From: Marsupella aquatica
Lineage: Eukaryota; Plantae; Marchantiophyta
Assembly (NCBI GenBank): GCA_973895155.1
Contig: OZ316896.1
Location: 14,790,684 to 14,854,683 of the forward strand
DNA length: 64,000 bases
Reading direction: 5' to 3'
Every line of letters starts with the position of its first letter. The first letter of the stretch is position 1. Position numbers and translations under genes: made by a program. The notes below the pieces were generated by a model. That model did not search any database and was not told the DNA's origin. It saw only the letters and a program-made list of their open reading frames with translations. Below are positions 1-11,600 of this stretch, in pieces.

Positions 1-1567
1 GAGAGGCCTCATCACCTTATCAACAGCATGCTAGCAACTTGGACAGTGGAGAGGCTGGCACTTCTAGCTCTTCAAGCACGAGTACATCAGGTCTTATTCC
101 TAGTGTTGCCAACTACACATTCATCATGGGCAACCACCTGAGTAAAAGACAGAAGGACCAGCTGCTGAATTTGCTCCTCAAGCATGAGAACGTGTTTGCT
201 TTCTCTATGAAGGACTTGGGTAAGAGCAAGACTATGCAGTTCTCCATTGAGTTGGCTGATGAAACACCGTTCTTCAGGCGGAGACATCGTTTGAGTAAGC
301 ATGAGTGGCAGCTGGTGGATGAGAGGTGCCAAGAGCTCTATGAAGCTGGTCTTATTCAGCCATCTACATCAGATTTTGCAGCAGCTACAGTGATGCCAGC
401 AAAGAAGGATTCCAGTGGATTGTGGACAGAGAAGCGCATGTGTGGGGACTACAGGCCACTGAACCTGGTCACACCCCAGGACATGTACCCCATGCCACGG
501 CCAGAGGAGCTATTTGACAGCATTGGAGACTCAGACATCTTCACTCTTGTGGATCTAAGGCAAGGCTTTAACCAGATTTTGCTGCTTGCAAAGGACCGCA
601 AGAAAACTGCTTTCCATGGTAGTAACCAACTATGGGAGTGGTTGGTGATGCCATTTGGCTTGAAGAATGCGCCCATGTTCTTTCAAAGAGTCATGGACCA
701 GGTTCTTCAAGGTGCTGAGTTTCTGAAATGCTACATTGATGATGTGTTGGTCCACAGCAAAGGATTTGACCAGCATCTACTTGACCTTGAAGAGCTATTC
801 ATGAGGCTTAAGAAGGTGAACCTAAAGATACACCCCAAGAAGTGTGAATTTGCTGTCATATCAGTAGTATACCTTGGGCACTGCATTCTTCCAAATGGAA
901 CCATGGCTCACTGGGCCAAGGTGGTATCCATCTTGGAAATGTCCACTCCTACTAATGTTCACACTCTTCGGAGCTTTATTGGGTTGTGCAATTACTACTG
1001 GATCTACATCAATTCAAAGATTTCAGTACCATTGCACATCCATTGTATGCTTTGTTGAAAAAGAATGTGACTTGGACATGGAGTACAGATGCTGAGGCAG
1101 CATTTGTCACTTTGAAGGAGAAGCTCTCAGAATACCCGGTGCTGAGAAGACCTGATTTTAGCAAGGTCTTTGTGCTACACACAGATTGGAGTGCCCTTGG
1201 GATTGGTGCCATTCTGGGCCAGCATGATGAGGAAGGTAAAGAGTACGTCATTGCCTATGCATCCAGGAGCAACAATCAGGCAGAGAGTCATTATTCTTCG
1301 TATGAGGGTGAATGCCTTGCTGTTGTGTGGGCTATCATACATTACAGGCCCTACCTCTATGAGACCAGGTTTATCCTCTACACCGACCACCAGCCCTTGA
1401 AGTGGTTGATGACCAACGACAAGCTTACTAGCAAGCTTGCTCGTTGGGCGCTCATACTCCAGGAGTATGATTTTGAGGTAATTCATAGGCCTGGTGTGAC
1501 ACATCAAAATGCTGACACTATGTCCCGCAACCCTTTGATTGCCTCTGATGATTCCTCAGATGCACGG
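1..1567 (+). mobile_element. Ty3/gypsy LTR retrotransposon pol, RT and RNase H (degenerate, begins upstream of the window)
   Basis: ORF 39..1058 has RT motifs (RMCGDYRPLN, DLRQGFNQI, MPFGLKNAP, YIDD). After a frameshift near 1005-1020, ORF 986..1585 has Ty3 RNase H motifs (LHTDWS, IAYASR, EGECLAVVWAI, YTDHQPL, RWALILQEYDF, NADTMSR). The RT-RH-INT order is Ty3-type. Confidence 0.95.
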
Positions 1568-3012
1568 TGTCGGGGGAATCTTTAGTTCTTGGGAAGCACC
1601 AAGCTCTTGTTTTTCCTATCTTGGAAGAAACCTTTCCAAAGTATGTATTTTCTCACCTCACATTACCCTTGCGATCCCCTTTGTCAATCAATTTTTCTCA
1701 CCATTATCCTCTAAAATATCTCTCACGGCCTTTGTTCCACTCTACGATGAGTGACTTCCTCACACTAAGCCTCGAAGCGGCCTATCCTCTTTCCACATAA
1801 CCCAAGTCAAGTCATAGATTGCAATTTCCAATGAATCCTATAATTAGATAAGTCAATTATAGAAAACAAAGACTATGATCTTAAGATTTACTATAGATGA
1901 TATAATCACAGACTCTGGCATCCTAAGCATAACATTGTATCTTTCATCTCCATATTTTCTAACTAAAATATCTCTACAATCAACCTTCTTACGACATACC
2001 ACTCTAATGTCAATAGATGAAAGAAAATCAGACACATTATTAGGAAGCCTATTCAAATCTAACTCCGGTACATTTACGGGTTGTCTATTAAAATCCATCT
2101 AATATAAAATAAAAATAGTTACATTCCATTCATTTCCATAAACAACAATCGGGTATACAAATGGTGCGTTGCTATTCATAACTGATTCCATTAACTCAAA
2201 CCCAAAATGATAAAGAAGATGCATTCTCATGGTATGCTTGCTAAGACAATAAATTCTAATTAAGAAAGGATTGACAAATGGCACAGCACATGGGGGATAA
2301 ACTCTAGGTACTCCATTTATCATATTATTCATTACAAACACACTAAATTGATCTCATGACTAATAAACATAAAACATAAAATAGTTCTAAGGCCAACAAT
2401 CAAGTTAGTACCCAAGCATGGATGTAAATAATAAACAAGACATGTGCACAAGAGGGGAAGAGTTCCTTACAGTGTTGCGAGTCCAACATGATAGATCAAA
2501 CAATTCGAATGAGGAGAGTGTGCTCCTCTTCACTTTATTTATAGTGCCTCTTTGTGCTTTCCAAGAGGGCATGGATCGATGCTTTGACCCTTGGATGGAA
2601 GCCAAGTGGCAAGCATCAAACACTTATAAGTGTGCTAGTACTATTCATAGTTGGTGGAACTACTGTGCGTAGTTGGTGGAATTATTATGCGTAATTGGTG
2701 GAATTACTATGCATAATTAGTGCAACTACTATGTGTAGTTGGTGAAACTACTATGCATAGTTGGTGAAACTACTATGCGTAATTGGTGCAACTACTATGC
2801 ATAGTTGGTGGAATTACTATGCATAATTGGTAAAACTACTATGCATAAATGGTGGAACTACTGTGTATCATTGTAGAATATACACACTACATATAGAATG
2901 TAACATATATACTCTAATAGTACTACTATGAAGCATTTAAGTAAAACCTTTTTCACATAAACTCAAATAACACAATATGGATTCTAGCCTTCTAAAGGGA
3001 ATCCCCACGACA
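1568..3012. mobile_element. Nested 1445-bp insertion with TGT...ACA ends (solo LTR or Ginger-like), 4-bp TSD ACGG
   Basis: Begins TGTCGGGGGAATCTTTAG and ends CTAAAGGGAATCCCCACGACA (imperfect inverted termini). ACGG lies at 1564-1567 and 3013-3016. Removing the insert and one ACGG restores the pol frame GAT GCA CGG CAG GAT TTT GAC (DARQDFD). Confidence 0.85.
2648..2867. repeat. 22-bp minisatellite x10 (consensus about TAGTTGGTGGAACTACTATGCA) inside the insertion
   Basis: Ten head-to-tail imperfect copies read directly. Confidence 0.95.
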
Positions 3013-4559
3013 ACGGCAGGATTTTGACTAGGTTTCCATCCTGCCTACATTTCATGCATCTACCTATCTTGCTTTGCTGCCATGCTACGTTGTTGACCAA
3101 CCTGTGGTGGATATATGGGAGGAGAGCGACACTCTGAGATTTCTGTAGCATGGGGAGTACCCCACCCATGTTACTACTGCCCAGAGAGACCGAATTCAGC
3201 AAAAGGTCCAAGCGCTACTTGTGGAAGGGAGATCATCTTGTGCGTTGCTTGCTAGACAGGGAAGTGGTGGTTCCACCTATTCACGAGAGGGTTGGCCTTA
3301 TCCGTAAGGTACATTCTGAGCTGGGTCATTTTGGTGTTAAGAGGACTTATAGCCTCTTGGTCCCCCATTATCATTGGCAAGGCATGCATGGCCAGGTTTG
3401 AGATGTTATTGCCCGGTGTGAGCAGTGTGATAGGGTAAGGACTTCTTTCACATCTTGGCAACCCACACTTCATCCACTCCCTATTCAGGGCATGTTTTAT
3501 CGATGGTCATGTGATTTGGCTGGAGAATTATCCCTCACATCTCGGGGTAATCTCTACATCATGATCATGATAGAGCATTTCTCCAAGTGGATAGAACTTG
3601 TGGCATTGCCAGATAAGACCTCCCGTAGCACCAGCCAGGCATTCATGCAATAAGTTCTCAGCCGCTTTGGAGCTTATGCAGAATGTCTCACTGACCAGGG
3701 CTTAGAGTTTAGAGGAGAGTTCCAGGAGCTGCTTGATCAGGACCTCATTGATCATTGTCGGACATCACGAGATCACCCACATGCAGATGGCTTGGCAGAG
3801 CGCATGGTTCAGACATGCAAGAAGGGCCTCCAGAAGATCTGCCTCACCAAAAACAAGGAGGATTGGGACCTGGCCTTACCCTACATTGCCATGGGGTATA
3901 GGATGTCCAGACATGCATTACTGTATAACTTTTCTCCCTACTTCTTGTTGTTTGGTCGTCACCCAATTCCACCTTCTGCTATTGCTGCTCACATGCTTAA
4001 GGTGGTGGACTTGGATTCAGTTGTGACTTGGTCTGATATGATCTTTGAGAGGGTTGCCCTATTCAGGAGGGTTATGCCCATGGCCATGGAGAATTTGGCC
4101 ATTGCACAACACAGGGACACACTGCGTTATGCACACACACGAGGGGGCACTTTTCAGCCCAAGGTCAGGAAGTTTGATGTGGGAGATTTTGTGTACTTGC
4201 AGCGGTAAGCTAACGACACCCTGGACACCTCTACCAGTCGTACCATTCTCAGGGTTAAGGCTATTCGACCGTCTGGAGTGCTAGAGTTACAAGGGGCAGA
4301 TGGACGCACAATTGCTGACAATGCCAAGAATTGCGCCCCTTGTCATCTGCCCAACCTGGATCCCACCATTGTGACTTCTACCTGGATTCCACCTGTGGAC
4401 TACCCTTGCAAAGTGTGTTTGCGAATTGATGATGCTGACCAGATGCTGCTATGTGATAATTGCAATGGAGGGTACCATCTTTTCTGCCTTCGGCCTGAAC
4501 TTACCCAGGTGCCAGAAGGGTTATGGTTTTGCCCTTCCTGTGCTCCACGTGCTACCTGA
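3013..4559 (+). mobile_element. Ty3/gypsy integrase with C-terminal PHD finger (degenerate)
   Basis: HHCC zinc domain (HSELGHFG...RCEQC) and DDE core (WSCDLAG, CLTDQG, GLAERMV), with in-frame stops near 3399, 3651 and 4206. C-terminal C4HC3 PHD: CKVC...LLCDNC...YHLFCL.P.L..VPEGLWFCPSC, stop at 4557-4559. Confidence 0.92.
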
Positions 4560-4589
4560 CTTTTCTTCAGCCCTCCTTTTGGCTGTGGT

Positions 4590-5095
4590 CTGGGGGGGAT
4601 ACAGAGGTTTACACCTCCACTACGTACATACCACCTCAGTTGCTTTTTCTTGGCACTTGTGAATGTGATTGGACTTTTTCTAAGGATGTTGGTTGCTAGC
4701 AGCTTACACACATGCATTGCCAATGACTTGTATGTTTTCGATACACTATGGCTACGATACTATATGTCACGACAGGTCTAAGGTTACGACATGTTACCAT
4801 AGTTAGGCTAACCATAGTCGAAGACATGGTAGGGTTAACTAGGATGCACACTATATGCCAAACGGTGTTTTCTTGGATGTGGAACTAAGGCTCATTGTTA
4901 TGGACCACTTGAGAGATGAGGAGAGCTTATACTGTAGAGACTTGGTATGGCCGACGAGCTTAGAGTTCAGTAAAGCTCTCTTGTGTGTTCCCATGGACGT
5001 AGCTTTGAGGAGGTGAACCATGTATCTCTTGTGTTGACTACTCGCGCGTTGGATGTGTCATGTGCTTACCGTTGTGATTATCATCTATGCTCAGC
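4590..5095 (+). mobile_element. Probable PPT and 3' LTR remnant of the Ty3 element, truncated by the next repeat
   Basis: G-run TGGGGGGGA near 4591, TGTCACGAC at 4765 and an LTR-type motif CCCATGGACGTAGC...GTGAACCATGTA near 4990-5023. The boundaries cannot be confirmed because the 5' LTR is outside the window. Confidence 0.4.
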
Positions 5096-6563
5096 AAAAA
5101 CCTGACGGAGGGTTGTCTAGGGAGAACAAGTCACAAAAATGCTCAAAAACATAGCAAGAGGGGCCCCAACAGAACAACGTGGAGCATGGTGTAAGACAAA
5201 GGTGAAACGGTTCCTACTAAACTGAAGATCCTCCTTAGGCTCAGAATCCTCCATATATAAGGAAATTTGATCATAGGGCTAAGGGTGGAGATCATGAAGG
5301 GCACTCAAGGCAGCCTCACTAGGGGGAGCAGACATGTTGGGGGAAAGGTTCTAGACAACGCGATGATATTCTTCAGCCTAGGCTAAATGACAAGCTCAAC
5401 AAAGGCGCCTATGCTCAAGAGGAGTAGAATGGCAAGTTGGGTTAGACAAAGCACAAGCGGTAAAGGAGAGGGAGCAAAGAAAGTAATCCTCCTAAAGTTG
5501 CTCCCAATCTCCTCTCAAAAAGTGGTGTATACGTGAGGCAGTCTCATGGTGACCCACATGACCACCATGATGGGTAAGAGTCCACAGTGGAAAAAGTATG
5601 AGCAAAGTCGAATAGAAGATCTCCAAAGGATGCACTAAGATAAGTTGCACGATCTACAACAAAGAGGACCAAACCAAGGGACGTAACGCATGAGAGATGT
5701 GGTTCTAAAGTTGGGGTCTAATGTACCCAGAATGGTAAGCTGCAATGGGGTTCATGGTGCAAACCCAATGCCAAGCCTGCTCAAAGGCCTCCAAAGAGGG
5801 AGGGGCAGAGCCAACAAGGTCAAGAGGGGGTTGGGACTGGGACTGGGCCTATTGGCGACATTTGCATTGGCCCTGCCCTTGATGATGAGGGAGGGGCAGA
5901 GCCAACAAGGTCAAGAGGGGGTTGGGACTGGGACTGGGCCTATTGGCGACATTTGCATCGGCCCTGCCCTTGATGATGAGGGAGGGACATGCCAACCCAA
6001 CTACAATCTGGACAAATGTGTTGAGGACGCTCCTCCTGGGAGGTAGCAAGGAAAGACTGGATTGCAGGTGGAGGAGGAACAAACATGGACAAAGAGGCCC
6101 GATCAGGAGGCTAGAGGGGTTGGGGTGGCACATGGTGTGAAGATGAGCCCGAGCGACATTGGGGGAGGGGGGGTGGGCAATAGACTGGGGGACCTGAAGG
6201 CCCGACATCAATGGAAGGGGCGGGGGGGGGGGGCAAAACATTGTCAATAGGTGCATCATGAATAAGAGAAAGATCCAATGAAAGTGGGCAAACACAATGG
6301 CGACCATGAGAGGGGGAAGAGATGACTGGCAAATTGAAGGAAAAGGTTGAAACCTAGTCAGGGCCTAATTGAGTCAAAATGAGACCGTTTGGGTTGCTAG
6401 TGGGACCTATCTTACTTGCCCGGAGAAGAGCTTTTCAAAACACTGGAAAAATCCAGATTCCATGAAGGATTGACTGAAATATGATCGCCAAATCACTTTA
6501 AAATTGCAAAAACAATACAAGAAAATGTCAAGAACTAAAGTGATTGTAAGTATGTTGATACGT
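5096..6563 (+). repeat. Unclassified dispersed repeat, copy 1 (inverted homolog at 52989..54697)
   Basis: Colinear similarity to the reverse complement of 52989..54697, from AAAAACCTGA to GTTGATACGT. ORFs 5690+ and 53774- share NVP..CNGVHGANP.PSLLK.LQRGRG.AN.V.RGLGLGL. Contains an internal duplication of about 91 bp at about 5800-5983. Confidence 0.85.
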
Positions 6564-8666
6564 AACCGTTGGTGCCATATTTATATTGATGTGATACGCC
6601 TCGACAAGAGAAATCCAATGCAATTGAGAATTGTGGATTCTGTGGAGATTTGAGTGCAGGATGAGAGACAAAATGGGGCAAAAAACTGGAGCACCATAGC
6701 CAGAATCCCTGGTAGAGTTAAAGGTCTCAACAAGTTTCAAAACAAGATTTACAGCTTCTCATATTTAAGACAATAAAATCCATTAGTACCCCAAGTTGAC
6801 GGGGCACCTTAGACATTGCACAGATTTGTTTACTCTCATGAGACGCTGGTACAGTATCACACAAATGATCCATAGCTTCTTGTTCAGGCGCTATGTGTTA
6901 TGGCTTGAAGAAATTTTCTGATTTGGGCTTGTGCCCCCAAACCCCCAAAAGAGTTATGTCACTCCTCTACAGTAATGGCCCTCGCACTTTATAGGATGGA
7001 TTGGTTGGAGTTCTACTTTTTGGCGGTGTGAAGTAAAGAGTTTCGAAATGTCAATCCGGAACCTCGATGTATAGGTAGGATTGTGGCAAATTATATGACA
7101 CAGACTCGAGATTGTCCTCGTCAGAAAATACATGATAGAGGGAGGGAGGACGCGGTGCAAGAAGGGAATAAAACTAACGTACCTCACAGGTGTCAAGTTT
7201 GTGATGTAACGCTCTTTTGGTAGCACTCGGGGTATGTGTACGTGTTGCGCTGAATAGAGACGTCTTGTATTTTCGTTCGTCGCTATGCGTAGCTGCAAAG
7301 AAAAGACAGTGGGCGACACCGAGCCAAAACTGGAGCTACGGTGCCGCGGCTACCTGCTGGACCTCTCAGTCAACCACGAACTTCCGCAAAGAAAACACAC
7401 CACGGTAACGTTGGAGCGTGATCCTCTGCTCGGTTCGAGCTACGCTCCAGTAACCCCGGCTTTGTCAGCTACCCGGATGTGTCAGTCAAACCACGCACCT
7501 ACCCTCCAAAAATAAACGATTCATCACCGTAACGTTGAGCAGTGAGCACGGTACACCGCGCGGTTCAAAACCCAGGCATGCCCATGAGAGCGCCACTCGC
7601 GGCGCCTCTGTCTTACGTACCCACTAATGACGCAACTCCGACGCAGGGTCGAGATGTCGGCCCGTGAATGTAAACCCGGTGGAGGAGAAGGGGACTTCCC
7701 GGCCAAGGAGGGGATCAGAGGAGAGGGGGGCTTTACCGGCCCCGGAGTGGGAACACAGGGCATTTACCGGCCGATGAGGGAGAACAGGGCACTTTACCGG
7801 GGGTGCATAGGACGAGGACGATCAGAGCCTACCAGTAGTAGTAGTACACTCCCTACGCTGGAATGTGCCTCTCCGTGCTTCTCTCGTACTGACTGCAAAA
7901 TGTGCTGTCCTGTTTAAAAGATGGACTGTACAGAAGTGTAGTCTGATGTGCTAGTCTGATGTGCTGTGCCGCAGGGCTGGGAGAGCAGAACATATGCGCT
8001 CCGCTCGTGCGTTTTTGAGTGCTTGCGTTTTTGAGTGCGTAGAATGGAGAGAGGAGAGGAGGAAGGTGGATCAATCAATGGGTTGAGGTGATAGGTGAGA
8101 GACGTAAGGTTAGCGGAGCGGGGCGGGGCGGTGCAGGGAGGAGAGACTGAGGGGAGGGGGAAGGTTGGAGGGTGCGTTGCTGCTGGTGCTACCGTCGGAA
8201 GACAGAGAGAAGACAAGGAGTCGATTCAGGCGGATGGAGGCTTCAGCAGCATCAGGAGTCGTGCAACACTTGGATTGTCGATCAAGAGCGCGTTCGGCAC
8301 GGGGAAGATGGTGCGTAGCTCAGCGGATAGGGGAGGTTCTTGTTTTCGTTCCTGGGACGACGGGGGTCAGCAGCAGAGGTTTGTGCAGGAGCTACGGCAT
8401 CATGATCATCGACGCTGGGACTTCAGACGGCGTGGTGAATTACTAGTGTCAAAAAGAAACGTTTAGAGAACGTGGATTGGATGATTTTGGAGCCGATGGT
8501 GGGAGCAGGGGATGGGCGCAACAGTGGCTGGGATTTTGGATTGGACGGCGTAGTTATTTAATCTCGAAACATTTAGTCGTGTGACTGCGATCAAGGAGCT
8601 GCTGTCGGTGTCGTTTTCGTGAATTGGGATTTTAGGAGCGAAGTGCGGAAGGCAAGGAACTTAATT

Positions 8667-11600
8667 ATGGCGTTTCTTACCACGCTCTGGAGAGGGTTGG
8701 TTTTTATTCCAGTGTGTTTCTTCCTCTTTCTGCTCGGTGCAGCCAAAGGTTAGTGAGTTGTTGCCCTTCCCGATTCCCCTTGTGATTTCATAGTTACAGA
8801 TGTCTTGACTAGACTGTTGACAGTTGTCTGTCTGAAAAGACGGGGGGGACGGACGGGCGGATGAGAGTTGCAGGTTGTCACGATATTTATCAGAGGCGTT
8901 ACTGCAATATCTGTTTGACGAACGATCCATTTTCTGATTAACTTTCCACTGCGACGTTTGCCCCTGGAGCATCAAGAAAAGAACGAGCCCAGGAGTTTAT
9001 GCGGGGCCTTAGCGTTTTGCATCGATGGTTGTCATAGAACTGCCAGCAACGGCCAAGCTAGTTTGGATTCCGATAATTGTTGGGAGGTGGAAGCTGTTCC
9101 AATTGCTTCTCCTCAATTTTCTAAGGGACTCGTTTGACTGCCTGTGTGCTTCCTCAGCCAGGCACTTTCGAAATCATAGTCCATAGTTTTGCATTGCCAC
9201 TCCCTCTTTCAAGTCCACTTCACGAATGGTCGTGTTCGGATATTTTACCTTGCAATCTCTCAACGGAATTGCCTCATCATGCACTTTTTCCACAAACCTG
9301 TGCAAAATTTATTCGAGCATCGTTCATTCTCCATGATGGTCACTTGCATGCTAGTACCTAGAACTCTTTGTGTCATCTATGAGGCGACGGCACACCAAGA
9401 AATGCCTCGTGTCTTTAATGCCCTGTCGGTTGGTAACTTCAGACTGCCAATGTAGTCTCTGGAAGTTTCTAATCAGCTGACTATATCATCGACAGACCAG
9501 GACTTAGGTGTTGGAGACCTCCTGAAGGTTTTTGCCGAATACTCCTGCCCGATTCCGGTTTATCCCTCTGTAGTCGGTAGTTATAATTGTCTCTCAACCG
9601 TAACTTTGGTTTAAAGTCGATATACGTGGACACAGGAATTAAGCCTCCTTTCATCCTCATCTTGTTCCTTCTTGAGACTTAAGCTCGCAATTGTGGTGAA
9701 TGATTTGAACATAGCTACATGTGGAATATGCTACTGTGCCTTCGTCAGTATGTGCACGGATGATTTATTGAAGCTGTGGTGCATTTATGTCACCATACCT
9801 GTTCCTGTGGTATTTCATATTACATTCGGTTTATTTTCATTGGAGCTATTTCTAGCTCAGATTGTGTCCAGTGAAGGTTTGCACAATCTGATTGGACATC
9901 TAAGATACAGAAAATAATAAGAGATAGGGTTGTGGAACAAGTATTTCATAAAAGGGTGTTTAGCCATGCCTTTGAATCAGTCTCGTCCCAATAGTATCGA
10001 TGAATCGCTTCGCTTCGTTTATGCGCATGTGGTACTTTGACTCCTTTACGTGGAGACAGGTAGTTTGTGGCCGTCGTCAATGACGATTGATGATAGGCTC
10101 AGTTAAGTGAGCTTGTACTTACTGGGTTTGTCAGTTTACGTTGTCTTGAACACTGATCGTCTTTACGACATTGTCCAGTGGTTTTTATGGCATTATCTTT
10201 CATACATAGAGTCGTGACCTCCTATCCTTGCGACGAGTTTAGGAAGTTTCGTTGAAGGGAGTCCTTGGGCAGCTACAAGGTGTTCAGTTACTTGGATGTG
10301 CTCTCTGCATGGGAGACGTACTAGGCTGGGAGTGGATGAGTTGCACCAATATTTCCTGCGATCTGCAGATCCCCGTGGATTATAGGCCCCGGCGATTGGA
10401 TCAAACAACCGTCGCATTCACACCTTATCGACAGGTATTAATTCGCGGCTACGTTTAGAGCCCGAAGTGGCTTTCAGAGCGGTCAATTGTGAAGCTGCCG
10501 AAGCACCTTCACGAACGGCATCCTTAAAGAGTTTCGTTCAGCTCCGCGTCATGTGAACAGGTCATAGCAAGCGACCAAGAACACAAAAGGTTTGGTTGTA
10601 ATTAACTCTGGTTTGTGGATGCGCAGGCATACTAGTCGGTCCGGCAGCCTTCGTAATTCTCGTGGTCGGTCACACAGCGGTGACTTTGGGTCTCTGGCCA
10701 GTTCACGTTGTCATGACGTACTACACAATTGCAAAGTACCCACCGCCTTATTCATCGGTTTGCTCTTCCCTGTTCGAGACATTTCCAGATCTTAGAAATA
10801 CCGTCATCATTTTGCATCAGGCTTGTTGTTTGTAAGCGTCTGTTGTTTTGCTTGTTTTGCTTTCGTCTTTAGAGGAGCTTTTAGTTACCATCCTGCGCCC
10901 TCGACATCGAGTCTTGTGCTTCTCACTGCTACGAGTTGCACTGCGCGGTTGTCAAGTTTGCCTTTGCTGAAGGTGTTTCTTATTTTCAAACAGGGCGAAG
11001 AAACTTGGACCAAGTGCGAAATTTCTTTCATTTGTGTGCCTCCCGGTACCATTGGTGCTTTGGCCTTTGACGGTCATCGTTGGCAGTGTTCTTGTTGGGC
11101 TTGGTTATGGCTTCATCACTCCGCAGGTGGCTACTTTTGAAGCAGTTGGTGCAGGAAGAGAAGACAAGCTGTATCATGTTTTCTTGGTAAGGTAGACTCA
11201 CTGAATTCCAAGCTTTTGTGCTCGCAGATGACGTAAACTTATTTGACATCCACAGAACTTTCTCAGCCCATTTGTTTTGCACATAATGCAATTTTGTGAA
11301 TTTACCATACTGCCTGATTGCTTGGGTCACAGGATGGGACGTGGAGCATATTAAAAGGGAGTTGCACAGTGGTTCGTGACTTCACAGATTTGTCTTACCA
11401 CTCTTTCATGGACTATCTGAACGATTTCCGAGAGAAGGAACCAAAACATGGTCATGCTTATGAAATCAAGTGAGTCCTCTAAATATTTTATCTTATCTTC
11501 TTTGAAGCTGATGTCGTGGACAGCTTTTTTTTTTGCTTCGCGGACTCTGTAATGTACATTGTTCATCTTGCATTCTGCATTTTCAAAACTAAAGATTTCT

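Noticed and set aside
2648-2867. 22-bp array as a CRISPR array
   Set aside because: Units are head-to-tail with no unique spacers, the context is eukaryotic, and there are no cas genes.
8312-8370. tRNA or SINE suggested by the A-box-like TAGCTCAGCGGATAG
   Set aside because: No B box (GTTCRA) at the right distance and no cloverleaf.
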